35,117 nt of DNA from Candidatus Shapirobacteria bacterium (GTDB lineage Bacteria; Patescibacteriota; Microgenomatia; UBA12405): positions 1 through 35,117 of the forward strand of contig JAPLYY010000024.1 of NCBI GenBank assembly GCA_026395315.1. The letters are read 5' to 3'. Made by a program: the position numbers and the translations under genes. A model generated the notes under the pieces. The model worked only from the letters and a program-made list of their open reading frames with translations, was not told the DNA's origin and ran no database searches. This document shows positions 9,098 through 17,718 of this stretch, one piece after another; the first letter of the stretch is position 1; each line of letters begins with the position of its first letter.

Positions 9098-9104
9098 GAG
9101 AGGA

Positions 9105-9914
9105 ATGATACAATCATTCCAGATTCTGCACCAACACAATACTATGGACAACAATACTCTTACAGACAAACAACTGACTATTCTCAAACTACTATACCGA
9201 TTTCGATTTTTAACTAGCACTCACATTCAACACTTACTCAATGACAAAACATCACGACTAACAAATTATCATCTTAAAATTTTAACGACTCAAAATTATA
9301 TAAACAAACACTACACACGAACACTCGGATCAGGCAACCAGCCAGCTATTTATTTTCTCTCGTCAGGAAGTATCAAAGCATTACAAAATATTGAGGGTAT
9401 AGAATCAAAAACACTCCAGCGTATTTATCGGGAAAAAATCAGATCACCACAATTTATCTCTCATGCCATATTTATTGCCCAATATTATCTTTATCTACAA
9501 TCTGAATCTGCAAAATCAAAACATACTCTACACTTCTTCACCAAAACAGACTTATTAGCTCACAAATATATTATCCACCCCTTGCCCGACGCCTATTTTG
9601 CCCGAGTTGATGAAAAGAAAGAAACCAAACGCTATTTTGTCGAAGTTATCGACGAGGGCGCGCCACGGTTTGCCTTAAGAAAAAGAATTGAGCAATATAC
9701 CGACTATATCGACAACGGCACATTTGAAAAGGTAACTAAACACCCATTCCCGACAATCCTCTTAATCTGTCCAACCGTTGGAGTACAAATATACTTAAAA
9801 AAATATCTTGCCAAAATGTACGAAGAATCTTCCCTTGATCAAATAGAAATCTTCATTACCACCAAAGAAGGGGCATTCTTGGGCCAGTGGGAAAAAGTAA
9901 ACCCAGAGGAATAG
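9105..9914 (+). CDS. replication-relaxation family protein (putative relaxase-like function)
   Basis: 269-aa ORF. The N-terminal LTDKQLTILKLLYRFRFLTSTHIQHLL is the typical wHTH opening of Replic_Relax proteins. The conjugation-gene neighbourhood supports the call. Confidence 0.6.
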   Translation: MIQSFQILHQHNTMDNNTLTDKQLTILKLLYRFRFLTSTHIQHLLNDKTSRLTNYHLKILTTQNYINKHYTRTLGSGNQPAIYFLSSGSIKALQNIEGIESKTLQRIYREKIRSPQFISHAIFIAQYYLYLQSESAKSKHTLHFFTKTDLLAHKYIIHPLPDAYFARVDEKKETKRYFVEVIDEGAPRFALRKRIEQYTDYIDNGTFEKVTKHPFPTILLICPTVGVQIYLKKYLAKMYEESSLDQIEIFITTKEGAFLGQWEKVNPEE

Positions 9915-9946
9915 TAGATCGCCAATACTATTCTCTATTATTGGAA

Positions 9947-10312
9947 TTACACTTCATTTACGGCTTTACTAATATCACCGGTGTCATACCTTAATTTGCT
10001 TAAGGAAACATCGGCTCTACCTACAGTGTTTGTTGATAAGCCAATTATTTTTATATCTGGATTGGTTGATCGAATAGCTTCAACGATTTCTCGGCCATCT
10101 GTGCCTGAATGGTCGTCACCAGATAAATTTCCATCTACAATCGCTACTTGAATACCGTCTTGCACAAAACTCGTAATTGAAGCCAATGCGTCTTCTTTTG
10201 TTTGTGCCAATCGCTTGAGACTGTGGCCGCCTTTTTCTAAATCATCACTAATAAATTCCTGCCAATCTGGATCATCCTCAGCTACAAAAACACTTGCGTT
10301 TTCAGGTGCCAT
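9947..10312 (-). CDS. stand-alone response-regulator receiver (CheY-like) domain protein
   Basis: Motifs are VFVAEDDPDW, VAIVDGNLSG and IKIIGLS. I chose the start at the ATG preceded by AAGGAGGAAT. The longer track ORF (to 10399) would begin inside the upstream terminator hairpin flank. Confidence 0.55.
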   Translation of the reverse strand: MAPENASVFVAEDDPDWQEFISDDLEKGGHSLKRLAQTKEDALASITSFVQDGIQVAIVDGNLSGDDHSGTDGREIVEAIRSTNPDIKIIGLSTNTVGRADVSLSKLRYDTGDISKAVNEV

Positions 10313-10400
10313 ATTCCTCCTTTTTTGAACAATTAAGAAGGAGGTTACTCTCTCTCTGAAAGTCAAGTTTTGGGCGTCACAACAAGCTTTTTCATACATA

Positions 10401-10435
10401 AAACAGCCTCAGATTTTTGAGACCTGAGGCTGTTT
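10401..10435 (-). terminator. 12-bp-stem hairpin downstream of the DUF2958 gene
   Basis: AAACAGCCTCAG (10401-10412) pairs with CTGAGGCTGTTT (10424-10435). The A/T runs at the stem ends would allow it to work in either direction. Confidence 0.5.
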
Positions 10436-10444
10436 GAGACTGAC

Positions 10445-10759
10445 TTACTTTTTCGTTTGCGGTATTACCTCGCTGATTCGTTTTTCTCCAAAATATCTGT
10501 CTCGCTCAATACCGATTCCAAACTTTCCGCGATAACTTTGAAGCTCAAACAGTGCAAACGAACCCCACTCATCATTCCAATCGCCGAAGATGGAAACATA
10601 GCCAAAAAACTCCTTCGTGATTGGATCAAATTCAGTTGCATACCAGATACCAGCTCCGGCAGGATTAAAAAATTTCGCAATTACCAGAGGATCGCTAACG
10701 TTTTCTTGTCTGCCCACCTTTCCAAATCTTTTTAATAGTTCTTTAGTTAACAGTTGCAT
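10445..10759 (-). CDS. DUF2958 domain protein (conjugative-plasmid associated)
   Basis: 104 aa. The sequence LLTKELLKRFGKVGRQENVSDPLVIAKFFNPAGAGIWYATEFDP...FFGYVSIFG...ELGSF-type pattern...ERDRYF matches the characteristic DUF2958 layout. Confidence 0.8.
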   Translation of the reverse strand: MQLLTKELLKRFGKVGRQENVSDPLVIAKFFNPAGAGIWYATEFDPITKEFFGYVSIFGDWNDEWGSFALFELQSYRGKFGIGIERDRYFGEKRISEVIPQTKK

Positions 10760-10802
10760 TATTTATTCACCCCCTTTCTTTTTGCTGCTTCCGGAAAATT
10801 AA

Positions 10803-12040
10803 TGTATTTGGAAGCATGCCCATGCTTCCAATACTTGGATGTCTTCAAAGCGGGGTGAGGTTTGCAAGGGCAAGCGAAGCACAGTTTATTGGAGTGAAAC
10901 GGAAACCCTTGCCAAACGAGGGGCAAGACCCCTAAATATCAAATTATTTAAAAAAGTGATTAGGACGCGATACATTTCGGACTCTTATACAAAAATATAT
11001 GAGTCACGAGACAGACAGAACAAGACACATTCTTCCAAAGCTGGGCAAGGGTAATTACAATACCCTGATGAAGCTGATTTCAAATAGTCTTACTTTTAGT
11101 GTTTCTGATTGTGCTAAGTTCAGGCTTCATGTATTGGATCATTATTTTAAACATGGCATCAAGTCCACCTGTCATGCTTTTAATCTTCCAAGGAGCACTG
11201 TGTATGGTTGGAGGAAGTCTTTTTTATCCTCAGACAAAAAGATAGTTTCTCTGGTTCCCAAATCCACCAGGCCAATTAGAACAAGGCAGATGGTGCTTGA
11301 TCTAGAACTTCTGGAGTTTATTAAATCAATGAGAGAAGAATATGGAAATCTGTCCAAATATAAAATCAAGCCATTCTTAGATGAATACTCCAAAAAGAAC
11401 AATCTACCTTTATATGGAACAACCAAAATTGGAGTAATTATTAAAAGAAAACACTTTTTCTTTGAAACTAGATCAAAAAGGAGATTTAAAAGAAAACCCT
11501 TTATAGTGAGGCTAAAAAGATCTCCCAAAGAAACTATCCCGGGATATATTGAAATGGACTCTGTAATCATTCAGGTGATTAACAGAAAATATTTCTTTTT
11601 AACAGCAATTGATATTGTTACTAAATTTGCTTGGGTAAAAATGACCACAAACCATTCCTCAAGGCAAGCCAAGCTTGCCTTAATTGAATTCAAAGAAAAT
11701 TACAAATACTGTTTAAGAACAGTCCAAACTGACAATGGATCAGAATTCTTAAGTGAGTTTGATGAGTATTTGCAGGAGATCAAAATCAAACATGAGTTTA
11801 TCTATCTTAAAAGTCCAAAAATAAATGGTGTGGTTGAGAGATTCAACAGAACCATACAAGAGGAATTTATTCAAAGAAATGATAGTTACATTGATGACAA
11901 GTTTAAATTTAATCAAAAACTACAAAATTATCTAATCTGGTACAATACAAAAAGACCACATTACTCACTGGGACAAATTTCCCCCTATGAGTACATGCAA
12001 AGATTTACCTTAAAAGTCTGAAATGTACCCGACCTATACA
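10803..12040 (+). mobile_element. IS481-like insertion sequence (boundaries approximate)
   Basis: It contains a single rve-type transposase ORF. The putative ends are TGTAT... (10803) and ...TATACA (12040), which are only weakly complementary. No flanking direct repeat was seen. The right end abuts the truncated VirB4-like reading frame. Confidence 0.5.
10999..12021 (+). CDS. DDE transposase with integrase core (rve) domain, IS481-like
   Basis: 340 aa. An N-terminal HTH-like region is followed by IEMDSV, VQTDNGSEF, INGVVERFNRTIQEEF and YNTKRPHYSLGQISP. Confidence 0.85.
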   Translation: MSHETDRTRHILPKLGKGNYNTLMKLISNSLTFSVSDCAKFRLHVLDHYFKHGIKSTCHAFNLPRSTVYGWRKSFLSSDKKIVSLVPKSTRPIRTRQMVLDLELLEFIKSMREEYGNLSKYKIKPFLDEYSKKNNLPLYGTTKIGVIIKRKHFFFETRSKRRFKRKPFIVRLKRSPKETIPGYIEMDSVIIQVINRKYFFLTAIDIVTKFAWVKMTTNHSSRQAKLALIEFKENYKYCLRTVQTDNGSEFLSEFDEYLQEIKIKHEFIYLKSPKINGVVERFNRTIQEEFIQRNDSYIDDKFKFNQKLQNYLIWYNTKRPHYSLGQISPYEYMQRFTLKV

Positions 12041-12042
12041 GT

Positions 12043-13218
12043 GAAAACAAACTGGCACAAAAAAGAAACCTAGATAGCTCGAGTGCAGCACTCACTTTCC
12101 CGTTTGTGTCATCGGAATTGGTACAGGAATCTGGAATTCTTTACGGCATCAACAAATCAAATAACTCGCTAGTCATTATTGATCGCTACAGTCTAAACAA
12201 CGCCAACTCCATTATTTTTGCCCAATCGGGAAGCGGGAAAAGCTATACGGCTAAAGTCGAAATTTTAAGACACTTAATGCAGGGTACCAAGGTTATCATT
12301 ATCGATCCGGAGCGGGAGTACAAACAATTGGCGGCGAGTGTTAACGGTACCTATATCAAACTTTCGAGTAGTTCCAAAGAAAAAATTAATCCGTTTGAGT
12401 ATTCCCAACATTCAGTCACTGATGAAAACAATTTGACTGAACATATTCAAGATCTCACTGAGCTTATTTCCCTGATGGTTGGTTCACTAACCTCAGAGGA
12501 GCGGGCATCGGTCGACCGGGCTTTGCTTCTAACTTATAAAAAGATCGGTCTGACTACCCGTAAGAATGCGAGATCGAAAAAAGCAGAGTATCCACTCCTG
12601 AAAGATTTTTACAAAAATCTCAAAGTCATGAAACATAAAGATCTCTGTGACAGGCTAGAACGGTTTGTCAAAGGTTCACTCTCGACTGTTTTTGATTCTC
12701 AAACCAATATTAAACTCGATAACCGTTTAATTGTTTTTGATATTAAGGATCTCAACGAATCCATCCGATCAATCATGATGATGGTCGTGGCCAATTTTGT
12801 AAACAACGAAGTCAAACAAAATCCACAAAAGAGAATGTTGGTGATAGATGAGGGCTGGCTCCTTTTGCAAGAACCGGAAAGCGCTAGGTTTATTTCAGGG
12901 TTGGTAAGACGTGCAAGAAAATATTATTTAGGAGTCACTATTATTACTCAGCAAGCCAATGACTTTTTGAATCAGGAATACGGAAAAGCTATCGCCAGCC
13001 AATCATCCTTAAGAATTCTGATGCGCCAAGATACGACAACAATTAAAAAAGTAGCCAGTGAATTTCATTTATCCGCCTACGAACAGCACTATTTATTAAC
13101 TTGCGACCGAGGGGAAGCTCTCATTATCGCCGATCAAAATCATGTGGCAGTAAAAGTGGTAGCCTCAGATGAAGAACATCCACTTCTGACCACCGACCCC
13201 AGAGAAGTCTACATCTAG
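12043..13218 (+). pseudogene. VirB4/TrbE-like T4SS ATPase, C-terminal fragment (N-terminal half missing)
   Basis: Walker A is AQSGSGKSY, Walker B is MLVIDEGW, followed by RRARKYYLGVTIITQQ. The frame stays open upstream of the GTG at 12106 (..SENKLAQKRNLDSSSAALTFPF..) as far as the IS end. No N-terminal VirB4 portion is found to the left of the IS. Confidence 0.7.
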
Positions 13219-13220
13219 CT

Positions 13221-13847
13221 ATGAACCCCAAGGTAATACTCACTCTTTGGTCATTTCGGAAAGAGTTGAAGTTCGTCCTAATAGCTTTTATTGCTGTGTT
13301 GATGCTGCCTGTAGTTGCCGTCATTCTTCTTACTCAGGTCGGTATCAATGTTATTTCCAACAAACTGGTTGATCAAAATCCAACGAACCAAGCCATCCAG
13401 ATTAAAGATCCTGTGACAGGTAAAGTTGTCAAAGAAATCAACCCGACGATTGTTTGGCCAACCAAAGGAGTGATTACCCTCGAATTTGGAGAAATGAGTA
13501 TTTATCAACCGTTTCATACAGGGATTGATATTGCCGGAAAATTGGATGATCCGGTCAATCCAGCCATGGATGGTACCGTTATTTATGCCGGAGAAATCTT
13601 TTGGGGATTTGGAAAACACATCATTATTGATAATGGCAATAACATTCAAACTATCTATGCTCACTTAGACAAGATCTATGTCTACAAGGGTCAGAAGGTC
13701 ACTACAGACAGTGTAATTGGCGGCCAGGGTGAAACCGGCTGGGCAACAGGTGTTCATCTTCACTTTCAAGTAAACGTTTACGGGATACCAGTCAATCCGA
13801 GGGTGTTTTTAGGCGACGGATCTCCTCCTCTGACAGCCTTGAATTAG
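13221..13847 (+). CDS. membrane-anchored M23 family metallopeptidase (T4SS-associated cell-wall hydrolase candidate)
   Basis: An N-terminal TM helix is present. Motifs are HTGIDIAG (HxxxD) and GWATGVHLHFQV (HxH). It starts 3 nt after the VirB4-like stop. Confidence 0.85.
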   Translation: MNPKVILTLWSFRKELKFVLIAFIAVLMLPVVAVILLTQVGINVISNKLVDQNPTNQAIQIKDPVTGKVVKEINPTIVWPTKGVITLEFGEMSIYQPFHTGIDIAGKLDDPVNPAMDGTVIYAGEIFWGFGKHIIIDNGNNIQTIYAHLDKIYVYKGQKVTTDSVIGGQGETGWATGVHLHFQVNVYGIPVNPRVFLGDGSPPLTALN

Positions 13848-13910
13848 TGCTTGAAATTGGTATATAATGTATGTATTCTATTTATAGATAGTCCTTAAAT
13901 AGGTAACAAT

Positions 13911-14693
13911 ATGGATACCAAAAACACGATTCTATCTCAAAAAGATTTGGCTTTACTTGAGGCTATAGTCCTTAAGTACGGTCGTGTGGTCACGGTGGCT
14001 CAAATACAGGCTGTTATTGGGGAATTTGGGTCAAACGGCGCAATCCGAAAACGGGTAGCCCAAATGAGCAAAGCTGGCTGGCTTATTCGTCTCAAAAAGG
14101 GGTTATATCTCGTAGTTACGGATATCAGTTCACTGGGCTTTTCCGACACCTCAGAGCTAGTGATTGCTCAGGCACTCCAGAATGACTCGTACGTCTCGTT
14201 TGAGAGTGCTTTACAGCACTACAGCATGTTTGATCAACTTCTAGCCAGGATAGACTCAATTTCAGTTAAAGTGACCAAAACATACAACGTGTTGCAAACT
14301 ACCTATTCATTTTTGAAAATAAAGGATGATTTGTATTTTGGATATACGGAAGAAACACTTGGTAACCAAAAGGTAAAAATTGCTGAAAAAGAAAAGGCTA
14401 TTCTCGATATGCTATATTTTCGATCAACTGATTACGTTATAACGCTTACTCTGGAAAAACTAAGAGAATATAAAGACCAATTCGATTTTAAAAAACTTAA
14501 AAATTATGCGGCCAAATATTCACTCTCAATGATTCGGAAAGTAGGCTTCTTACTTGACCAAATTGGAATTGATACCTCAGATCTATTATCCCTTAGTGAA
14601 TCCAGTAAAAAAAGTCACAATAAGTTAACCAAAACCAGTGATCTTTATAGTACAAAATGGCACCTTTACTATGATTCCCACCTTATTGGATAA
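13911..14693 (+). CDS. abiEi: AbiEi-family antitoxin / transcriptional regulator
   Basis: The N-terminal wHTH pattern is LLEAIVLKYGRVVTVAQIQ...KAGWLIRLKKGLYLVV. It is paired with and overlaps the AbiEii gene. Confidence 0.75.
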   Translation: MDTKNTILSQKDLALLEAIVLKYGRVVTVAQIQAVIGEFGSNGAIRKRVAQMSKAGWLIRLKKGLYLVVTDISSLGFSDTSELVIAQALQNDSYVSFESALQHYSMFDQLLARIDSISVKVTKTYNVLQTTYSFLKIKDDLYFGYTEETLGNQKVKIAEKEKAILDMLYFRSTDYVITLTLEKLREYKDQFDFKKLKNYAAKYSLSMIRKVGFLLDQIGIDTSDLLSLSESSKKSHNKLTKTSDLYSTKWHLYYDSHLIG

Positions 14694-15441
14694 ACAAACA
14701 TTACAGCTTATTAACCGAAAGTATCTGAAATATTCTCCGGTGGCTGCCGAAAAAGATTATTTTCTCGCTCTTGCGCTAGAAGTACTTGAAGAATCTTCAC
14801 TTTATAACAAGTTGGTTTTTAAAGGCGGTACGGCGATTCATCATTGCTATCTTTATCTGGGTAGGTTTTCAGAGGATCTCGATTTTACTTCACTGGACAA
14901 AAATCTCAAAAGTGAAGATGTTACAGGAATATTTACCCCAATTCACTTTTTTGAGGTGAAGAAAGTTTATACCTCAAAAGCAACTATCAAAATCGAACGG
15001 CTAAAATATTCGGGTGTCCTTGATCAACCAAACTCACTAAAATTTGAAATTGATTTTATCCAAAATGTGGTGCTACCACCAAAACAAATGAAATACACCA
15101 ATGTTTGGGGAGTAGATGTAATGGTTAATGTTATGGATATCCGGGAAATTTTTGCAGAAAAGTTACGAGCAATGAGTGATCGTGCCCGGTACAGAGACTT
15201 CTACGATTTTTATTTGATCTCAGAAAAATATAATTTGGATATGGCGGAAACAATAGATCTTGTAAAACAAAAGGAAATTAGAAAACCAATTTCAAAAGAA
15301 TCTATTTTACATAATTGGAAGGTGGTATCGGAACAAAAGAAGGAAGAAATTAATTTGATTTACTACAGACAAGACGTGTTTGACAACGAACGGGGAATTG
15401 AAAAATTGCTTAAAGATTTCAACTTTACGGTGATTGAATAA
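14671..15441 (+). CDS. abiEii: AbiEii/AbiGii-family nucleotidyltransferase toxin
   Basis: Motifs are AAEKDYFLALAL, VFKGGTAIHHCY and RFSEDLDFT. The start MIPTLLDKQ overlaps the abiEi 3' end by 23 nt. Confidence 0.85.
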   Translation: MIPTLLDKQTLQLINRKYLKYSPVAAEKDYFLALALEVLEESSLYNKLVFKGGTAIHHCYLYLGRFSEDLDFTSLDKNLKSEDVTGIFTPIHFFEVKKVYTSKATIKIERLKYSGVLDQPNSLKFEIDFIQNVVLPPKQMKYTNVWGVDVMVNVMDIREIFAEKLRAMSDRARYRDFYDFYLISEKYNLDMAETIDLVKQKEIRKPISKESILHNWKVVSEQKKEEINLIYYRQDVFDNERGIEKLLKDFNFTVIE

Positions 15442-15555
15442 ACACCATAACAATCGAAATATATTATCCAGAAAGCTGACTTCACGTTACTCTTAATCAA
15501 CAGATAAATAAAAAAGAACTGATGTTCATCTAAATCCGAGTGTGATCTCGATATG

Positions 15556-15576
15556 ATCGTCTCAAAATGAGACGAT
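15556..15576 (+). terminator. 9-bp-stem hairpin between abiEii and avd2
   Basis: ATCGTCTCA-AAA-TGAGACGAT. There is no clear T-tract after it, so the terminator role is tentative. Confidence 0.3.
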
Positions 15577-15679
15577 GTTGATAAATTGACAATAATTCTT
15601 CATTTAGTCGAAAAATAGGCGATTAATAGTCGATTGTCAACTTGTGAAAACCTATGGATATTTTTGACATAATGGAGTC

Positions 15680-16024
15680 TTGGAAAAATTTGTCCTGCAC
15701 CAAAAAACCTATGATTTTATTCTTTGGCTTTACCCTATTATTAACCGTTTACCCAAAAATCATTGCCTGATTATTGGAAAAACACTTGAAGAATTAGCCG
15801 TATCCCTTCTTTTAGTGTTGATGAAAGCCAACAAATCACGGGGAACGGATAGAGAACGGTTTCAGGAAGAAGCATCAAATACTTTGGACTATCTCTATAT
15901 CATGATTCGGTTGACCAAGGATATACGTCTGATGAGCGTAAAGCAATATACAGCCAGCGCCGAAAAACTCAATGAAATAGGCCGAATGCTGACCGGCTGG
16001 ATCGGAACCGCAAAAAGTGTATGA
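15680..16024 (+). CDS. avd: Avd-like four-helix-bundle accessory protein of DGR2
   Basis: 114 aa with a TTG start preceded by GGAG. It carries LPKNHCLIIGKTLEE...NEIGRMLTGWIG and lies immediately upstream of TR2 and RT2. Confidence 0.8.
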   Translation: MEKFVLHQKTYDFILWLYPIINRLPKNHCLIIGKTLEELAVSLLLVLMKANKSRGTDRERFQEEASNTLDYLYIMIRLTKDIRLMSVKQYTASAEKLNEIGRMLTGWIGTAKSV

Positions 16025-16060
16025 TAAGAAAAGTGGGAAAGATAAGTCATAACGCAACGT

Positions 16061-16177
16061 GCTTTCTCCGCGGTGGCAATTGGAATAATGGCGACAACTC
16101 CGGGGCATTCGCAGCGAAATTGAATAACGCGCCGGGTGATTCGAACAACAATATTGGCTTTCGTTGCGCCAGCGATC
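16061..16177 (+). repeat. DGR2 template repeat (TR2), FGE/C-type-lectin type
   Basis: It lies between avd2 and RT2 and translates as FLRGGNWNNGDNSGAFAAKLNNAPGDSNNNIGFRCASD, with nine AAY codons. It is homologous to 18953-19069. Confidence 0.75.
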
Positions 16178-16373
16178 GTATTGTTTTGCTAGGTACCCGC
16201 AAAACAAACGCCAGAACGAGTGGTATATGTCTACGGACACATATCCAGGGTTTTATGATCACAGCTGTCTTTTCCTTTCCGAAATTTTTTTGGAAAAACA
16301 TAATGCCTGTATTTTCATTATTCTCGGCAAGCGGATAATGAAGTAAATGGGTGATAAACAGATTGGGTACGAG

Positions 16374-16406
16374 AGACAAACCCTGCCCTCAAAGCGGGGT
16401 TTGTCT
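16374..16406 (+). promoter_or_regulatory. 10-bp-stem hairpin ending 1 nt before the likely RT2 start codon
   Basis: AGACAAACCC (16374-16383) pairs with GGGTTTGTCT (16397-16406), and the ATG is at 16407. It lies in the TR-to-RT spacer. Confidence 0.45.
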
Positions 16407-17492
16407 ATGTTTGAACAAATTTATGATTTGGAGAGTTTGTGTGCCGCCTTCAAACGGGCACAGTTGGATAATCGCTATAAGCGAAAAATCTGTGCCTTTT
16501 GTTTTTCCCTTGAAGAGAATTTATTGCGTTTGAACTGGGAATTGCAACGAGGTTCATATGTGCCAAGCCCTTATACCTATTTTATGCTCCACGACCCAAA
16601 AATCCGAGCCATTGCGGCACCGGATTTTCGTGACCGGGTGGTACAACACGCCCTGGTCGACTGTATCCAGCCGATTTTAGAAAAACAATTCATTTATGAC
16701 TCCTTCGCTTGTAGAGAAGAGAAAGGAACACATTTTGCCGCCCGAAGAGTAAAACGATTTCTTATGGCAGCAAGATCTTTATACGGAAGTCAAACACCAA
16801 TTTATGTGCTTCAGTGTGATATCAGGAAATTTTTTCAGAGCGTTTCTTGGGATATTCTTCTTGGTATTGTTCAAAATACCATCACCTGTCCGAAAACATT
16901 TGCTCTGATTAGAACAATTGTGACTACTCATTACAACGCGTTACCGCCGACAAAGACTGACTCTTGCCAAATGTCTCTCTTTTCGAAAAGTTCAGTCGGA
17001 ATAGATGCGAGTATTTCCGTGGCAACGCGGACAGGATTACCAATAGGAAACCTCACCAGTCAACTGCTTGCTAATGTTTACCTCAATGAACTGGATCACT
17101 TTATCAAAGACAGATTAAGATTACGTTGGTACGCCCGGTATATGGACGACTTCTTGGTAATACATCCCGATCGCGTTTACTTAAAGCAACTCTGTGATCA
17201 AATAAACATATTTCTTAAAGACACATTACATCTTTCCTTACATCCGAAAAAATTAACTATCAAAAACGTCTCAGACGGAGTTCCCTTTGTCGGATATCGG
17301 ATTTTTTATGACCATGTACTGATTCGTGGAAATACGCTTCGTCGAATTGAAAAAAACTACCGCTCAAAAACAAAACAACTGAAAAACGGGCGTTTCACTG
17401 AAGAAAAACTGGATCAAACTAAGGCGTCTATTACCGGTCATCTTAAGCACGCTAACAGTTACGGATTAACTAAGAAGATATTTTCAAAATAA
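16407..17492 (+). CDS. DGR2 reverse transcriptase
   Basis: I chose the start MFEQIYDLESL; the track ORF begins 20 codons earlier, at 16347. Motifs are LPIGNLTSQLLANVYLNELD, YMDDFLVIH, LSLHPKK and VPFVGYRIF. Confidence 0.9.
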   Translation: MFEQIYDLESLCAAFKRAQLDNRYKRKICAFCFSLEENLLRLNWELQRGSYVPSPYTYFMLHDPKIRAIAAPDFRDRVVQHALVDCIQPILEKQFIYDSFACREEKGTHFAARRVKRFLMAARSLYGSQTPIYVLQCDIRKFFQSVSWDILLGIVQNTITCPKTFALIRTIVTTHYNALPPTKTDSCQMSLFSKSSVGIDASISVATRTGLPIGNLTSQLLANVYLNELDHFIKDRLRLRWYARYMDDFLVIHPDRVYLKQLCDQINIFLKDTLHLSLHPKKLTIKNVSDGVPFVGYRIFYDHVLIRGNTLRRIEKNYRSKTKQLKNGRFTEEKLDQTKASITGHLKHANSYGLTKKIFSK

Positions 17493-17594
17493 ATGTATAC
17501 GGATATCTTGTGTTGTGCGTCTTCATACACTATTATGATATATAGATGAACTGGGTATCGGCCTAGTTTGTTTGCATAGAAAAAAGGATTGATT

Positions 17595-17717
17595 ATGATT
17601 ATGGTAACAGAGCCTAAAATATCCACTAAGATAGCAATCTTTAAAGGTAAGAAGGTTCGAAAAGTTATCTTCCAAAATCGAATAGATTCAAATAGTTTTT
17701 CTCTTACCCCAAATTAA
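17595..17717 (+). CDS. small ORF (40 aa), possible Bro-N/antirepressor-like N-terminal fragment
   Basis: AAGGA lies 6 nt upstream of the ATG. It translates as MIMVTEPKISTKIAIFKGKKVRKVIFQNRIDSNSFSLTPN. Its stop is 1 nt before the ATG at 17719. The family call rests only on the IAIFKGKKVRKV pattern. Confidence 0.25.
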   Translation: MIMVTEPKISTKIAIFKGKKVRKVIFQNRIDSNSFSLTPN

Positions 17718-17718
17718 C

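Noticed and set aside
16021-16338. Track ORF 16021-16338 (105 aa, with GGNWNN...GFRCAS) considered as a small lectin-like gene.
   Set aside because: It is the translation of TR2 lying between avd2 and RT2. The template repeat derives from coding sequence, but here it is non-coding DGR RNA.
10841-16396. Shared 10-mer CAAAGCGGGG at ~10847 (near the IS left region) and ~16390 (loop of the RT2 hairpin), considered as a common regulatory motif.
   Set aside because: It is a single short match with no extended flanking similarity, which is compatible with chance.
7115-17492. The two reverse transcriptases considered as retron or group II intron RTs.
   Set aside because: Both carry the DGR-type IGNLTSQ motif and are adjacent to Avd-like four-helix-bundle genes and AAY-rich template repeats. 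I saw no maturase/X-domain extension, no intron-like RNA domains, and no msr/msd-like inverted repeats.
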